Below, in pieces: positions 8,493 to 18,376 of a stretch of 37,648 nucleotides of DNA; within the stretch, counting starts at the first letter, position 1; every line of letters starts with the position of its first letter. Location of the stretch: assembly GCA_964453655.1 (NCBI GenBank), contig CAYVSP010000005.1:1-37648 (forward strand), written 5' to 3'. The stretch comes from an uncultured Candidatus Saccharibacteria bacterium. Its GTDB lineage: Bacteria; Patescibacteriota; Saccharimonadia; Saccharimonadales; CAYVSP01. A program made the translations under genes and the position numbers. The notes beneath the pieces were generated by a model that was given only the letters and a program-made list of their open reading frames with translations, did no database searches and had not been told where the DNA came from.

Positions 8493-10007
8493 TCAGGTAT
8501 TTTTATTGCCCTTTTTCTTACGTCGCAAGGGCAAAGCACCAAACCGTAAACGCCGGCCACCGGTAGCAGCTTCGGCAGCACTACCTGCTTCGTAAAAGAA
8601 GTCAGGTTCACTATATTGATCGTAGGTGACCATTAAAGCGCGGGACTCAATAGCCCGCAATGTTTCAAGCGCCACCGCCACGAGAATAAGTACGCTGGTG
8701 CCACCGATGGCGATATTAGTATTCAGGAAGATTTGAGCAATAATTGGCATAAGCGCTAATAAGCCTAGGCTGATAGCGCCGAATAGATTCAGACGATTCA
8801 CGACTTTACTTAAGTATCTTTCGGTTTCATTGCCTGAGCGCACGCCCTCTATAAAACCGCCTTGTTTTTGTAAATTCTCGGCAATCTCTTTAGCGTTAAA
8901 TGTAATGCTGGTATAGAAGAAAGTAAAGACAAAGACAAGACCAAAATAGGTTATTGGGTAGATGTACGGCGTGAAGCCGCCTTGGGCAAAGGTTTGAGGG
9001 CTAGGTGTTTGAAACCATTTCACCAGTTGTGTACCAATATGTTGGAAATGAAGGCTGCTATTACTTGAAATCAGCTGGCCAACGAAACTCGGCACACTTA
9101 AAAAGGCCACCGCGAAGATAATCGGTATCACACCGGCCGTAATTAGCTTTACCGGCAATATGGTAGTCACTCCGCCGTATGTGCGGTTACCTTGTATGCG
9201 TTTGGCATAATTGACCGTGATTTGTCGTGACGCCTCGTTTAACTTCACCACTAAAAATGTTACCAGAACCGATATTGCAAAGATAAGCAGTCCATACATG
9301 GTTGCGGATTTATTAATTGGCAAATGACGGCCAAAAATGATAAGCGGAGAACTTTTTGAGGCAATTGAGTTGACAATACCTACGAGTGTTTGCGGTAAGC
9401 GGCTCACGATGCCAACAGTAATAATAAGAGAGATTCCGTTGCCAACACCCTGTTCGGTAATTAATTCACCCAGCCACATTAAAATCATTGAGGCTCCCGT
9501 CATGGAGGCCACCATCAAGACCCACTGAATCGGTGAAGTATGCGCAGTAATATCGCCGAGTCCGCCAATACTTGAGGCGGTTTGGCGAACAAGATATAGA
9601 GCACCAACGGACTGAATAATTGCTAATGGAAACGTTATGATACGTGTATATTGGTTTATCTTCTTGCGGCCGTATTCGCCTTCATTGTTCAGTGCTTCTA
9701 GTTTTGGAATTGCTTTGGTAAGCAACTGCATAATAATCGATGCATTTATATATGGACCCAGCCCCACCAGCATGATCGAGAAGTTTGCCAAGGCACCGCC
9801 CGAAAGTATATCTATAAACTTCAACAGTTGTGGTGTTTGAGCAGAGGTAAATAGGTTTTCCAAGACTTGTTTTAGCGTCTCGGGATTACTCAATGGTATA
9901 GGGATGTGCGCCAGTATACGGAAGACTAAAAGCATGCCTAAAACTGCAAAAATGCGCTTTCGCATATCAGCATTTTTCAGCGATTGCCAAACAGTCTTCC
10001 AACTCAT
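8493..10007 (-). CDS. secY: Preprotein translocase SecY
   Basis: LGPYINASIIMQLL, WLGELITEQGVGNGISL, AGVIPIIFA, GGTSVLI. Confidence 0.99.
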   Translation of the reverse strand: MSWKTVWQSLKNADMRKRIFAVLGMLLVFRILAHIPIPLSNPETLKQVLENLFTSAQTPQLLKFIDILSGGALANFSIMLVGLGPYINASIIMQLLTKAIPKLEALNNEGEYGRKKINQYTRIITFPLAIIQSVGALYLVRQTASSIGGLGDITAHTSPIQWVLMVASMTGASMILMWLGELITEQGVGNGISLIITVGIVSRLPQTLVGIVNSIASKSSPLIIFGRHLPINKSATMYGLLIFAISVLVTFLVVKLNEASRQITVNYAKRIQGNRTYGGVTTILPVKLITAGVIPIIFAVAFLSVPSFVGQLISSNSSLHFQHIGTQLVKWFQTPSPQTFAQGGFTPYIYPITYFGLVFVFTFFYTSITFNAKEIAENLQKQGGFIEGVRSGNETERYLSKVVNRLNLFGAISLGLLALMPIIAQIFLNTNIAIGGTSVLILVAVALETLRAIESRALMVTYDQYSEPDFFYEAGSAAEAATGGRRLRFGALPLRRKKKGNKNT

Positions 10008-10069
10008 AAAGTGTTAAGCCCTCATTATTACCGGTTTATTTAAACATACGACTATATAAAAACGAAGAA

Positions 10070-10552
10070 TTAAGAACCTTCCGTGAGGTTCGATTTTTTG
10101 CTGGTCTTTGGCCGTCCCTGACGTGGTGTGTGCGTAAAATTGCCGCCGGCTTTTTCAATTGCATGGATGGCCGACTTGCTGGCAGATTGTAGTTTAACAA
10201 CTAGTTTTTTAGTTATTACCCCCCGCTTTAATAGCTTTACTGTGGCGTACGGCGACGATATAAGACCAGCTTCAGCTAAGGTTTGATTTGTAATATTAGC
10301 AGTCAGCTTTTCAAGCTGCTCCAGGTAAATGACTTCTGCATGATTACGATGGCTTGTAAAGCCACGTAGCTTAGGCAAGCGCTGCAAGAGCGGATTTTGG
10401 CCGCCCTCAAAACCAGCCCGTTTGCTAGATCCAGTTCGCGACTTCTGTCCTTTAGTGCCGCGGCCGGCAGTCTTTCCCTGGCCTGCAGCAATACCACGCC
10501 CGACACGGCGGGCTGGACGCGTAGTGGCAATGCCTAATTCATGGTACTTCAT
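10070..10552 (-). CDS. rplO: 50S ribosomal protein uL15
   Basis: RVGRG...GKTAGRGTKGQKSR, FEGGQNPL. Confidence 0.98.
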   Translation of the reverse strand: MKYHELGIATTRPARRVGRGIAAGQGKTAGRGTKGQKSRTGSSKRAGFEGGQNPLLQRLPKLRGFTSHRNHAEVIYLEQLEKLTANITNQTLAEAGLISSPYATVKLLKRGVITKKLVVKLQSASKSAIHAIEKAGGNFTHTPRQGRPKTSKKSNLTEGS

Positions 10553-11076
10553 GTTTTCTTCGCCTCTACGGAACGTGTTTTCCGGTCAGCTGCAGTCACC
10601 CAATCTTTAGCTGGCACCATTCCCTGTATAGCCGCAATCGTGGCATAGGCTGTATTCGTCTTATTAGTTGACCCTAGTGATTTGCTGAGAGCGTTGCTCA
10701 CGCCCGACACTTCCAGAACCGTGCGAACAACACCACCAGCGATCAACCCGGTACCGGGTGCTGCTGGCTTAAGTAAAATTCGTGCGCCGCCCACTTTAGC
10801 TTCCTGTTCATGCGGTAAAGTTTCTTTGTAGATCGGTACAATAATAAGCTGTTTCTTAGCCACATCGACAGCCTTGGTAACCGCTGCGGTAACATCAGCA
10901 CCTTTAGCACTGCCTACGCCAACTTTACCCTTATGATCACCTATCACTACTAATGCCCTGAACCTGAAACGACGACCGCCCCTTACTACTCTGGCAACGC
11001 GGTCGACATGTACCACTCGTTCATCAAACTGTTTTTCTTCCCCGTCCATACGGCGTTGTAACCTGTTATCTGCCAT
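10549..11076 (-). CDS. rpsE: 30S ribosomal protein uS5
   Basis: RVARVVRGGRRFRFRALVVIGD, PAAPGTGLIAGG. Confidence 0.98.
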   Translation of the reverse strand: MADNRLQRRMDGEEKQFDERVVHVDRVARVVRGGRRFRFRALVVIGDHKGKVGVGSAKGADVTAAVTKAVDVAKKQLIIVPIYKETLPHEQEAKVGGARILLKPAAPGTGLIAGGVVRTVLEVSGVSNALSKSLGSTNKTNTAYATIAAIQGMVPAKDWVTAADRKTRSVEAKKT

Positions 11077-11433
11077 CTAAAACTCCAATCCTTGTTCACG
11101 GGCAGCATCAGCCAACGCTTTAACGCGACCATGATAGAGGCGTCCGCTTCTATCAAACACAACCTGTTTTACCTTAGCTTTTTTTGCCTTCTGGGCAATC
11201 TCACTGCCGACCCAGCTGGCTCTTTCAACCATAGTTCCGTCTACGCTGTTTTTGCCAGCAGTCGTTGCGGCAGCCAGCGTTAGATGTTTAGTATCATCAA
11301 TCAGCTGCGCGCTAATATGGCGGTTACTTATAAAAACAGCCAGTCTAGGACGTTGAGTAGTGCCTGAAACAGTTGTTCGTACTCGATTTTTACGAAGCTT
11401 CCTATTATTCAGAGTATGCTTTAAACGATTCAT
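11077..11433 (-). CDS. rplR: 50S ribosomal protein uL18
   Basis: [34 protein letters not shown]. Confidence 0.98.
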   Translation of the reverse strand: MNRLKHTLNNRKLRKNRVRTTVSGTTQRPRLAVFISNRHISAQLIDDTKHLTLAAATTAGKNSVDGTMVERASWVGSEIAQKAKKAKVKQVVFDRSGRLYHGRVKALADAAREQGLEF

Positions 11434-11972
11434 TACTTTTCCTTACCGCTTTTACCGCTTTTACGGATAATGCGTTCGCCGCTATAGCGGATGCCTTTGC
11501 CCTTATATGGCTCGGGCTTCTTTAGGGCTCGTATATCAGCTGCTACCTGACCAACCAACTGCTTATTAATACCACTGATGGTTATAGTATTTTGCTCCAC
11601 GCTGCCACTAATATCGGCTGGGATAGTGTACGCAACTTCGTGCGATTTACCTATGTTAAACTTCAAATCCTGACCTGATAGAGCAACGCGATAGCCGACG
11701 CCATGCAGCTCCAGCTGCTTAGAGAAGCCTTCACTAACTCCGGTGACCATATTCTGGATAAGTGACCGCATAAGGCCATGTCTAGCACGATTTTTAGGTT
11801 CGTCATTACTTCGGCTTACTGTTACTACTCCATCTTCTTGTATAACTGCAATTCCGGCTAGCATTGGTTGTTGTAACGAACCCTTCGCCCCATTGACTAC
11901 CACCTGTTCATTGTCAATAGCCACGCTAACACCACTAGGTATTTTGACTGGTAGTTTGCCAACGCGACTCAT
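11433..11972 (-). CDS. rplF: 50S ribosomal protein uL6
   Basis: [25 protein letters not shown]. Confidence 0.98.
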   Translation of the reverse strand: MSRVGKLPVKIPSGVSVAIDNEQVVVNGAKGSLQQPMLAGIAVIQEDGVVTVSRSNDEPKNRARHGLMRSLIQNMVTGVSEGFSKQLELHGVGYRVALSGQDLKFNIGKSHEVAYTIPADISGSVEQNTITISGINKQLVGQVAADIRALKKPEPYKGKGIRYSGERIIRKSGKSGKEK

Positions 11973-11974
11973 AA

Positions 11975-12370
11975 CTAGTACACCTTACATATAAGCTCGC
12001 CGCCGAGCTTTTTAGTTTTTGCATCATCGCCTGTCATAACACCTTTAGGGGTTGATATGACCACAATACCGCGGCCACGTTTAATAACAGGGATCTCAGT
12101 TACACCGGCATAGTGCCTCCGGCCGGGTTTGCTCAGTCTAACAATTTCAGTAATTCGTGCGTTACTATCAGGTTGATTGATAGTTAAAATCAGCTGTTTG
12201 CGGCCATCTTCGTCAGTAACGTTAACCGCTTCAAGAAATTTGCGTTCGCTTAGAAGCCTAGCAATTGCTTCCTTCACATTAGAGTGCGGCACACGTACTT
12301 CGTGTTTGCGCACTGCTACAGCGTTGCGTATTCGAGTTAACATATCTGCAATTGGGTCGGTGGATACCAT
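11975..12370 (-). CDS. rpsH: 30S ribosomal protein uS8
   Basis: DPIADMLTRIRNA, SKPGRR, STPKGVMT, GGELIC. Confidence 0.98.
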   Translation of the reverse strand: MVSTDPIADMLTRIRNAVAVRKHEVRVPHSNVKEAIARLLSERKFLEAVNVTDEDGRKQLILTINQPDSNARITEIVRLSKPGRRHYAGVTEIPVIKRGRGIVVISTPKGVMTGDDAKTKKLGGELICKVY

Positions 12371-12379
12371 ATATACTCC

Positions 12380-12649
12380 TTACCAGCTCGACTTAGTGAC
12401 GCCTGGGATTTCTCCCTTACTTGCTCGCTCACGGAAAGAAATCCGGCTTAAACCGAACTGGCGCATATAGCCGCGCGGCCGGCCTGTTTCGGTGTCGCGG
12501 TTCTTAAGACGCGTGGGGGAAGAATTACGAGGTAAGCCATGCAGGCCTTCTTGGTCGCCGAGTCGCTTCAATTCAGCGCGTTTGGCGGCGTATTTATCAT
12601 GCATTTTTCGCCGCTTGGCATCACGATTAACGATTGATTTTTTAGCCAT
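12380..12649 (-). CDS. rpsN: 30S ribosomal protein uS14, long zinc-independent form
   Basis: [14 protein letters not shown]...[16 protein letters not shown]; 89 aa, no Cys. Confidence 0.98.
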   Translation of the reverse strand: MAKKSIVNRDAKRRKMHDKYAAKRAELKRLGDQEGLHGLPRNSSPTRLKNRDTETGRPRGYMRQFGLSRISFRERASKGEIPGVTKSSW

Positions 12650-13218
12650 TAGTTGTTCTCCTTTTCAAACGGCATACCGAACTTCTCTAGTAAGACTCTG
12701 GCATACTCAGGTTTATTAGTATCTACTACGAAAATCACTTGTACACCATGAGGGGTCGTCGTGTCTTCAAATGTTAATTCCGGAAAGATCGATTGTTCAT
12801 TGAAACCTATCGCAAAATTACCCTGTTTATCAAATGAAGAGCTTCTAACCCCATGAAAATCGCGTAGACGAGGCAGCACGACATTTATAAGTCTGTCCAT
12901 GAACTCATACATTCGCGCATCTCTGAGCGTCACTTTGAGGCCAATTTTATTACCTTCACGCAACTTAAAGCTAGCGATTGACTTCTTGGCAAATGTCTCG
13001 ATAGGCTGTTGGCCTGTCACTTTTCGGAGTGTATTAGTTGCTGCTTCCATCGCTTTCTTGTCATCCTTGGCTCTACCAAGCCCTACATTCAGTATGATCT
13101 TTTCCAGTTTTGGTACCTGATGTCGGTTATTAAGTTTTAATTCTTTTTCCAGTTCCTTAACGATCGAAGTATTGTACTGTTGTTTCAAGCGGGCCATCTG
13201 ATTAGTTGAGGCAGTCAT
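12649..13218 (-). CDS. rplE: 50S ribosomal protein uL5
   Basis: [27 protein letters not shown]. Confidence 0.98.
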   Translation of the reverse strand: MTASTNQMARLKQQYNTSIVKELEKELKLNNRHQVPKLEKIILNVGLGRAKDDKKAMEAATNTLRKVTGQQPIETFAKKSIASFKLREGNKIGLKVTLRDARMYEFMDRLINVVLPRLRDFHGVRSSSFDKQGNFAIGFNEQSIFPELTFEDTTTPHGVQVIFVVDTNKPEYARVLLEKFGMPFEKENN

Positions 13219-13337
13219 TATTTGACCTCCTTTTCAACGGCTTCGCCTTTTGAGACAAACCTGCGGTTTTTCTCAACGCGCAGCGTTTGGAATGAATCCA
13301 AAGCTCTGGCTCTCTTTTCCCTAAAAAAAGCAATCAT
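13218..13337 (-). CDS. 39-aa basic micro-protein bridging rplX and rplE
   Basis: Manual translation MIAFFREKRARALDSFQTLRVEKNRRFVSKGEAVEKEVK; ATGA overlap with rplX stop and TAATG overlap with rplE start. Confidence 0.65.
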   Translation of the reverse strand: MIAFFREKRARALDSFQTLRVEKNRRFVSKGEAVEKEVK

Positions 13338-13669
13338 GACTTTATCTCCCGACCTGTAGACTTGAAAATCCTGGTTTTTTTACCATCTTTTGTGACCTTG
13401 TAGCCAATGCGACTCGGGTGCTTTTTGGTTGGCTCCACAATGCCGACCTTTGATACCCAAATAGGCTTAGTAAGTTCGATTATGCCGCCTTGAGGGTGTT
13501 CACGGTTTGGTTTAAGATGCTTCTTTACTTTATTAATGCCCTCAACGGTGACTTTATTGTCATGGGGATGAGTAGCCAATATTTTTCCACTCTGCCCTTT
13601 ATATTTACCGGCGCGGACTATGACAGTATCACCTTTTTTGAGCCGAATCTTGTATACAGGATTATCCAT
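13334..13669 (-). CDS. rplX: 50S ribosomal protein uL24
   Basis: KKGDTVIVRAGKYKGQSGKI, VEGIN, PQGGII. Confidence 0.98.
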   Translation of the reverse strand: MDNPVYKIRLKKGDTVIVRAGKYKGQSGKILATHPHDNKVTVEGINKVKKHLKPNREHPQGGIIELTKPIWVSKVGIVEPTKKHPSRIGYKVTKDGKKTRIFKSTGREIKS

Positions 13670-14037
13670 TATAGAACCTCCGGTGCAAGGCTGATTATCT
13701 TAGCGAAGCCCTTATCGCGCAATTCACGGGGGACAGGGCCGAATATTCTAGTTGCTCGCGGTTGTTTATCGGTATCAATAAGTACAGCAGCATTGTCATC
13801 AAAGCGTATGGTTGAACCGTCCTTTCGGGCAATCGTATTACGTGTTCGCACTACTACCGCCCGCACAACTGACTTTTTCTTCACTGCGCCAGCCGGATTT
13901 GCGTCTTTAACGGTAGCAACAATAACGTCGCCCACACCAGCATAACGGCGTCGTGTGCCACCGAGCACCCGTATACATAAGATTTCCCGTGCACCGCTAT
14001 TATCAGCCACTTTTAAGCGCGATTCTTGCTGAATCAT
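13669..14037 (-). CDS. rplN: 50S ribosomal protein uL14
   Basis: [34 protein letters not shown]. Confidence 0.99.
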   Translation of the reverse strand: MIQQESRLKVADNSGAREILCIRVLGGTRRRYAGVGDVIVATVKDANPAGAVKKKSVVRAVVVRTRNTIARKDGSTIRFDDNAAVLIDTDKQPRATRIFGPVPRELRDKGFAKIISLAPEVL

Positions 14038-14321
14038 GATATCTCTCCTTGAAGTGTTTCTGGAGCTTCATCGACCGGAATAACTGGACGTTCAACTACT
14101 CGTTTTAACGTAAAGTGTTTGCGCTTACTAATTGGCCTTGTCTCTGTAATTTCTACCTTGTCTCCCAGAGCAGCCTCGTTCTTTTCATCATGCGCAATGA
14201 ACTTCTTTGTTGTGGTGTATTTCTTTTTATAGAGAGGGTGGGTTTTAGGAGCCACCACTGTTACGACAATGGTTTTATCAGCTTTATCGGATGTAACTAT
14301 ACCAATCAGTTTTCGTGCCAT
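14034..14321 (-). CDS. rpsQ: 30S ribosomal protein uS17
   Basis: [25 protein letters not shown]. Confidence 0.98.
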   Translation of the reverse strand: MARKLIGIVTSDKADKTIVVTVVAPKTHPLYKKKYTTTKKFIAHDEKNEAALGDKVEITETRPISKRKHFTLKRVVERPVIPVDEAPETLQGEIS

Positions 14322-14521
14322 TACATATTCTCCTTCTGAAGTTGTTCGCCCAGAACTGTAAGCATTCGAGCTAGATCTTTACGCTTCATTCTAAGCAAAC
14401 GGACATTTTGGACTTCACCCCCACCTAGACGCCGCCGGAGTTCAGCAATTTCTTCACGCAGTTTGGTACTTTCGGAAGTCAACTGCCCTGTTGAAAATTT
14501 GCGGATTTCAGCGATTTTCAT
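14321..14521 (-). CDS. rpmC: 50S ribosomal protein uL29
   Basis: MKIAEIR...RKDLARMLTV; between rplP and rpsQ. Confidence 0.93.
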   Translation of the reverse strand: MKIAEIRKFSTGQLTSESTKLREEIAELRRRLGGGEVQNVRLLRMKRKDLARMLTVLGEQLQKENM

Positions 14522-14524
14522 ACC

Positions 14525-14938
14525 TCAAGCCTCATCCTTCACTAGAAATTTCGTCTTAACGGGCAGCTTATGGCTGGCTAAGCGCATCGCTTCGCGAGCA
14601 GTTTCCTCAGCTATACCTTGCATCTCAAATAAAATGGTGCCCGGCTTTACTTTTGCCACAAAGAACTCCGGATTGCCCTTACCACTGCCCATCTTTACGT
14701 CTTGCGGCTTTTTTGACACGGGGGTATGAGGAAATATTCTTATCCAAATCTTTCCGCCGCGTTTGACGTACCTTGTCATGGCTTGACGAGCAGACTCAAT
14801 TTGGCGAGCCGTAATACGGTCCGTGCCTTGTGCCTGCAGGGCAAAATCGCCAAAAGCAATGTAATTACCAGCCGTAGCTACACCTCGAACGCGGCCTTTG
14901 AAAACTTTGCGATGTTTGGTTCGCTTTGGCATCAACAT
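14525..14938 (-). CDS. rplP: 50S ribosomal protein uL16
   Basis: [26 protein letters not shown]. Confidence 0.98.
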   Translation of the reverse strand: MLMPKRTKHRKVFKGRVRGVATAGNYIAFGDFALQAQGTDRITARQIESARQAMTRYVKRGGKIWIRIFPHTPVSKKPQDVKMGSGKGNPEFFVAKVKPGTILFEMQGIAEETAREAMRLASHKLPVKTKFLVKDEA

Positions 14939-14940
14939 TC

Positions 14941-15573
14941 TTAGGCAACCTCGCCTTTATAAATCCAGACTTTAACACCGATAATACCGGCGCCTGGATA
15001 GTGAGCTCTAACGCATGCATAATCAACGTCAGCCCGAATTGTGTGCAATGGCACACTGCCTTGAATTTCCTTTTCACGACGCGACATTTCAGAGCCTTGT
15101 AAGCGTCCAGCTACTTCAATGCGAATACCTTTAGCCCCAGCGCGCATAGTAGCTCCGGCGCCTGCCTTTATAGCGCGGCGGAAGGACATGCGCCGCTCCA
15201 TCTGATGAGCTATATTCTCGGCTACAAGCTTGGCGTATAGTTCCGGCTTCTTTAGCTCTTCTATATTGACTCTAGCCGGTACTGTCATAATCTTCTCTAT
15301 TTCGCTTTTCAGTTCCTGCGCGCCTGTTCCACCACGGCCAATAACAACTCCGGCCTTAGCAGTGCTGATGGTAACCGTTATTAGGTTAGGTGAGCGCTCA
15401 ATATCAACCTTATTGATTGCGGCTCTCGAGCCGAGCTTCTTGTCAATTAGTCGGCGAACCGCTAGATCCTGGGTTAAAAACTTGGCGTAATCCTTTTTAT
15501 TTGCGAACCACTTAGAACGCCAGTCTTTATTAACTTGCAGGCGCATGCTGATTGGATTAACTTTTTGTCCCAT
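14941..15573 (-). CDS. rpsC: 30S ribosomal protein uS3
   Basis: [36 protein letters not shown]. Confidence 0.98.
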   Translation of the reverse strand: MGQKVNPISMRLQVNKDWRSKWFANKKDYAKFLTQDLAVRRLIDKKLGSRAAINKVDIERSPNLITVTISTAKAGVVIGRGGTGAQELKSEIEKIMTVPARVNIEELKKPELYAKLVAENIAHQMERRMSFRRAIKAGAGATMRAGAKGIRIEVAGRLQGSEMSRREKEIQGSVPLHTIRADVDYACVRAHYPGAGIIGVKVWIYKGEVA

Positions 15574-15956
15574 TACTTCTTCTCCTTGCTGGAGGCCTTA
15601 GCGGTTGGTTTCTTGACCTCTCTCTTTTCGCCATCTACTACAACTTGGATGTGGCTGGTGCGGCGCTGAAAGGGGTGGGCACTGCCGCGTGCAATTGGAC
15701 GATAACGCTTATAGCGAATACCGGGGGTAACAGTAATGGAAATAATCTGCAGTGTATCCGGCTTTAATTTATGGTTATGATCGGCATTGGCCTGAGCACT
15801 TAGAAGCGTTTTTTTAACTGGCAACGCGGATCTACGCGGTGTGTGCTCTAAAATAGTTAGGGCATCGCTAACACTTCTGCCACGCACTAAAGCCGCCACC
15901 ACGCCAACCTTACGGGGGCTCATGCGTACTCCTTTAGCGATTGCTTTAACGGCCAT
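15573..15956 (-). CDS. rplV: 50S ribosomal protein uL22
   Basis: RMSPRKV, SAQANA, RTSHI. Confidence 0.97.
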   Translation of the reverse strand: MAVKAIAKGVRMSPRKVGVVAALVRGRSVSDALTILEHTPRRSALPVKKTLLSAQANADHNHKLKPDTLQIISITVTPGIRYKRYRPIARGSAHPFQRRTSHIQVVVDGEKREVKKPTAKASSKEKK

Positions 15957-15959
15957 ACT

Positions 15960-16235
15960 TTACTCCTGTGCCTTTGCTAATTTACCGCCGTGGCTTCGAA
16001 ACTTACGCGTCGGTGCAAATTCACCCAGCTTATGGCCAACCATATTTTCAGTAACAAACACCGGCACATGGACTTTCCCATTATGTACAGCAATGGTACG
16101 GCCAACAAATTCCGGTGAAATCGTTGAAGCGCGCGCCCATGTCTTCACAATGGTACGGTCTTCACTGCCTAAAGCAGCTACCTTCTTGGCTAGTTTAGGG
16201 TCCACAAACGGTCCTTTTTTCAATGATCTAGACAT
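15960..16235 (-). CDS. rpsS: 30S ribosomal protein uS19
   Basis: [30 protein letters not shown]. Confidence 0.99.
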   Translation of the reverse strand: MSRSLKKGPFVDPKLAKKVAALGSEDRTIVKTWARASTISPEFVGRTIAVHNGKVHVPVFVTENMVGHKLGEFAPTRKFRSHGGKLAKAQE

Positions 16236-16539
16236 CGGAAACCTCCGACGATTGTGTCGGTTCGTTCTTCATCGTCTTTATTGCATACGCAGAAAGCATT
16301 GCACCTAGTGCGAATTCGTCAGTATGTTGAAACGCATCCGTAACAGGATTTCCAGTTTTTCTTTCAATTGCTTTAGTAACTAGATCAGGCAGTGTATCCG
16401 AGCCATCGCCGGACTCCACAAATACAGCTTGTACTGCATTTGCGCCGTGAGCGAAGGCAAGCGCCGCTGAGGGATCCATTTCTGCCATTAAAGCTGTGGT
16501 TACTCTAGCTAAGCTTGTTTCACTATCAATAATAGTCAT
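16228..16539 (-). CDS. Hypothetical 103-aa acidic protein between rplB and rpsS
   Basis: Starts 2 nt after the rplB stop; overlaps rpsS start by 8 nt; contains the rpsS SD (GGAGG). Confidence 0.75.
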   Translation of the reverse strand: MTIIDSETSLARVTTALMAEMDPSAALAFAHGANAVQAVFVESGDGSDTLPDLVTKAIERKTGNPVTDAFQHTDEFALGAMLSAYAIKTMKNEPTQSSEVSDV

Positions 16540-16541
16540 AG

Positions 16542-17378
16542 TTATCTCCTCTTTCCTGCGTGTCGCGATCTTACAATAAATTTGGTTGTGCTTTTGCGGC
16601 GTCTTGTCTTATAACCCAAGGTCTTCTGTCCCCATGGTGTGCGAGGGTCTTTGCCCATGCCATGGCGTCCACCATCGCCGCCACCGTGCGGGTGATCGGC
16701 TGCATTCATAACTACGCCGCGAACTGTCGGGCGGATACCTTTACGGCGTGTCCGACCGGCCTTACCGACTTTGACATTTTGGTGCTGTTCATTGCCGATG
16801 GCCCCTAAACTCGCCGTACACTCAATATTAATCATTCTCACCTCGCCGCTTGGCAACTTCACTTGAGCATATTTACCTTCTTTAGCTACTAGTTGTGCAC
16901 TGTTGCCAGCGCTCCGAACTAATTGAGCTCCTTTGCCCGGTTGCAGCTCTATCGCATGAATAGTACTGCCTAGTGGAATGTTCTTAAGCGGCAAGCGGTT
17001 ACCGGTTTCAATAGCAACTTCTTCACCGCTTGTTACTTTTTTACCAACTTTTAGACCTTGTGTTGCCAAAATGTAGTGATATGTGCCATCATCTGCCTTT
17101 ATTCGAGCAATTCGGGCACTACGATTCGGGTCGTATTCAATTGCCTCAACCTTAGCTACGGTGCCTGCAGCAAGCTGGAAATTAACCAAACGATAAAACT
17201 TACGTGCTCCGCCGCCGCGATGTCGAACTGTAATACGGCCCTTATTGTTCCGGCCGCTATTCTGTTTTTTAATTGATATCAAGGAGCGGACCGGTTTTTT
17301 GGCCGTTATTGAATCAAAGTCACGCGTAGTCATGCCGCGTTGGCCAGGAGTGGTTGGCTTCATTGTCTTTATAGCCAT
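16542..17378 (-). CDS. rplB: 50S ribosomal protein uL2
   Basis: GRNNKGRITVRHRGGG, IEYDPNRSARI, RPTVRGVVMN..DHPHGGG. Confidence 0.99.
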   Translation of the reverse strand: MAIKTMKPTTPGQRGMTTRDFDSITAKKPVRSLISIKKQNSGRNNKGRITVRHRGGGARKFYRLVNFQLAAGTVAKVEAIEYDPNRSARIARIKADDGTYHYILATQGLKVGKKVTSGEEVAIETGNRLPLKNIPLGSTIHAIELQPGKGAQLVRSAGNSAQLVAKEGKYAQVKLPSGEVRMINIECTASLGAIGNEQHQNVKVGKAGRTRRKGIRPTVRGVVMNAADHPHGGGDGGRHGMGKDPRTPWGQKTLGYKTRRRKSTTKFIVRSRHAGKRR

Positions 17379-17738
17379 TTACTTCTTCTCCTTTTTGGCC
17401 TCTTTAGCAGCCTTTTTATCAACCTCAGCCTGCTTCTCTTCTTCTTGGGCAAAAATCGGTAATTTGTCACCCTTCTTAAGCTGTACATAAGCCCGTTTGG
17501 TATCACTACGCTTGCCCGATACTGGACGGCGTCGCTTATGGTAAGATTGCTTTACCTTGCCTTTGACTGTGGCTAAACGTACATCTTCAACAGCAACACC
17601 GTATTGCATGCTTACTGCCAAGGCAACGCCTAAACGATTAGCACTCTTTGGCACACTAAAAACGTAGGTATTAGCTTGTTGGCTGAGTCCGTAAGCCTTT
17701 TCACTGATGCGAGGGCGAAGAATCATAGTTTTGCTCAT
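17379..17738 (-). CDS. rplW: 50S ribosomal protein uL23
   Basis: PRISEKA, YVFSV, KRAYVQL; between rplD and rplB. Confidence 0.96.
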   Translation of the reverse strand: MSKTMILRPRISEKAYGLSQQANTYVFSVPKSANRLGVALAVSMQYGVAVEDVRLATVKGKVKQSYHKRRRPVSGKRSDTKRAYVQLKKGDKLPIFAQEEEKQAEVDKKAAKEAKKEKK

Positions 17739-18376
17739 TATTTTTCGCCTCCGAGCCAGTCATGAACAATATCGAGTGCCTTTTGGCTCATAATGATACT
17801 GTCGGCATTCATAAGATCATATACGTTTAAATAGTTAGCGCTCACTAGGTTCAAATTAGGTATATTTTGCGTTGCTCGTTCTTTGGTTACGTCCTTTTGG
17901 CTAACTACGCACAGAACCCTTCCCTTAACTTCAAGTTTTTCTAACAATTTTGCCATGTCTTTAGTTTTTCCTTCCATTGTGGCAAAAGTTTCAATTATAC
18001 TCAGGCGTCCTTCGTCAGCAGCCATGCTAAGTGCTTGCCGCAAGGCTTGTCGCTTTACGCTGGTCGGAACTTTCTGGGTGTAATTCTGTTCGCCTGTCGG
18101 TCCAAAAGTAACGCCGCCGCCAGCCCACAGAGGGCTTCTAATAGAACCGGCGCGCGCTCTTCCAGTTCCTTTTTGGCGCCATGGTTTACGGCCGCCGCCG
18201 CGTACTTCACTGCGGTTTTTTACTTTAGCACTGGCAGCACGGCCGTTGGCAAGGTAGGCGTCATAAACCTGCTTTAAGAGCTGGTGATTTTTAGCTTTCA
18301 CGCCAAAAACGGTCTTGTTTAATTTGGCGTTGGTACTGGCCTTATTGCCAGTCTTGGTATAGGTCATAATTGCCAT
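17738..18376 (-). CDS. rplD: 50S ribosomal protein uL4
   Basis: RSEVRGGGRKPWRQKGTGRARAGSIRSP. Confidence 0.99.
   Translation of the reverse strand: MAIMTYTKTGNKASTNAKLNKTVFGVKAKNHQLLKQVYDAYLANGRAASAKVKNRSEVRGGGRKPWRQKGTGRARAGSIRSPLWAGGGVTFGPTGEQNYTQKVPTSVKRQALRQALSMAADEGRLSIIETFATMEGKTKDMAKLLEKLEVKGRVLCVVSQKDVTKERATQNIPNLNLVSANYLNVYDLMNADSIIMSQKALDIVHDWLGGEK

Noticed and set aside
8411-8611. 66-aa minus-strand ORF spanning secY end and infA start
   Set aside because: Out-of-frame overlap with two real genes, and the gap is explained by a promoter
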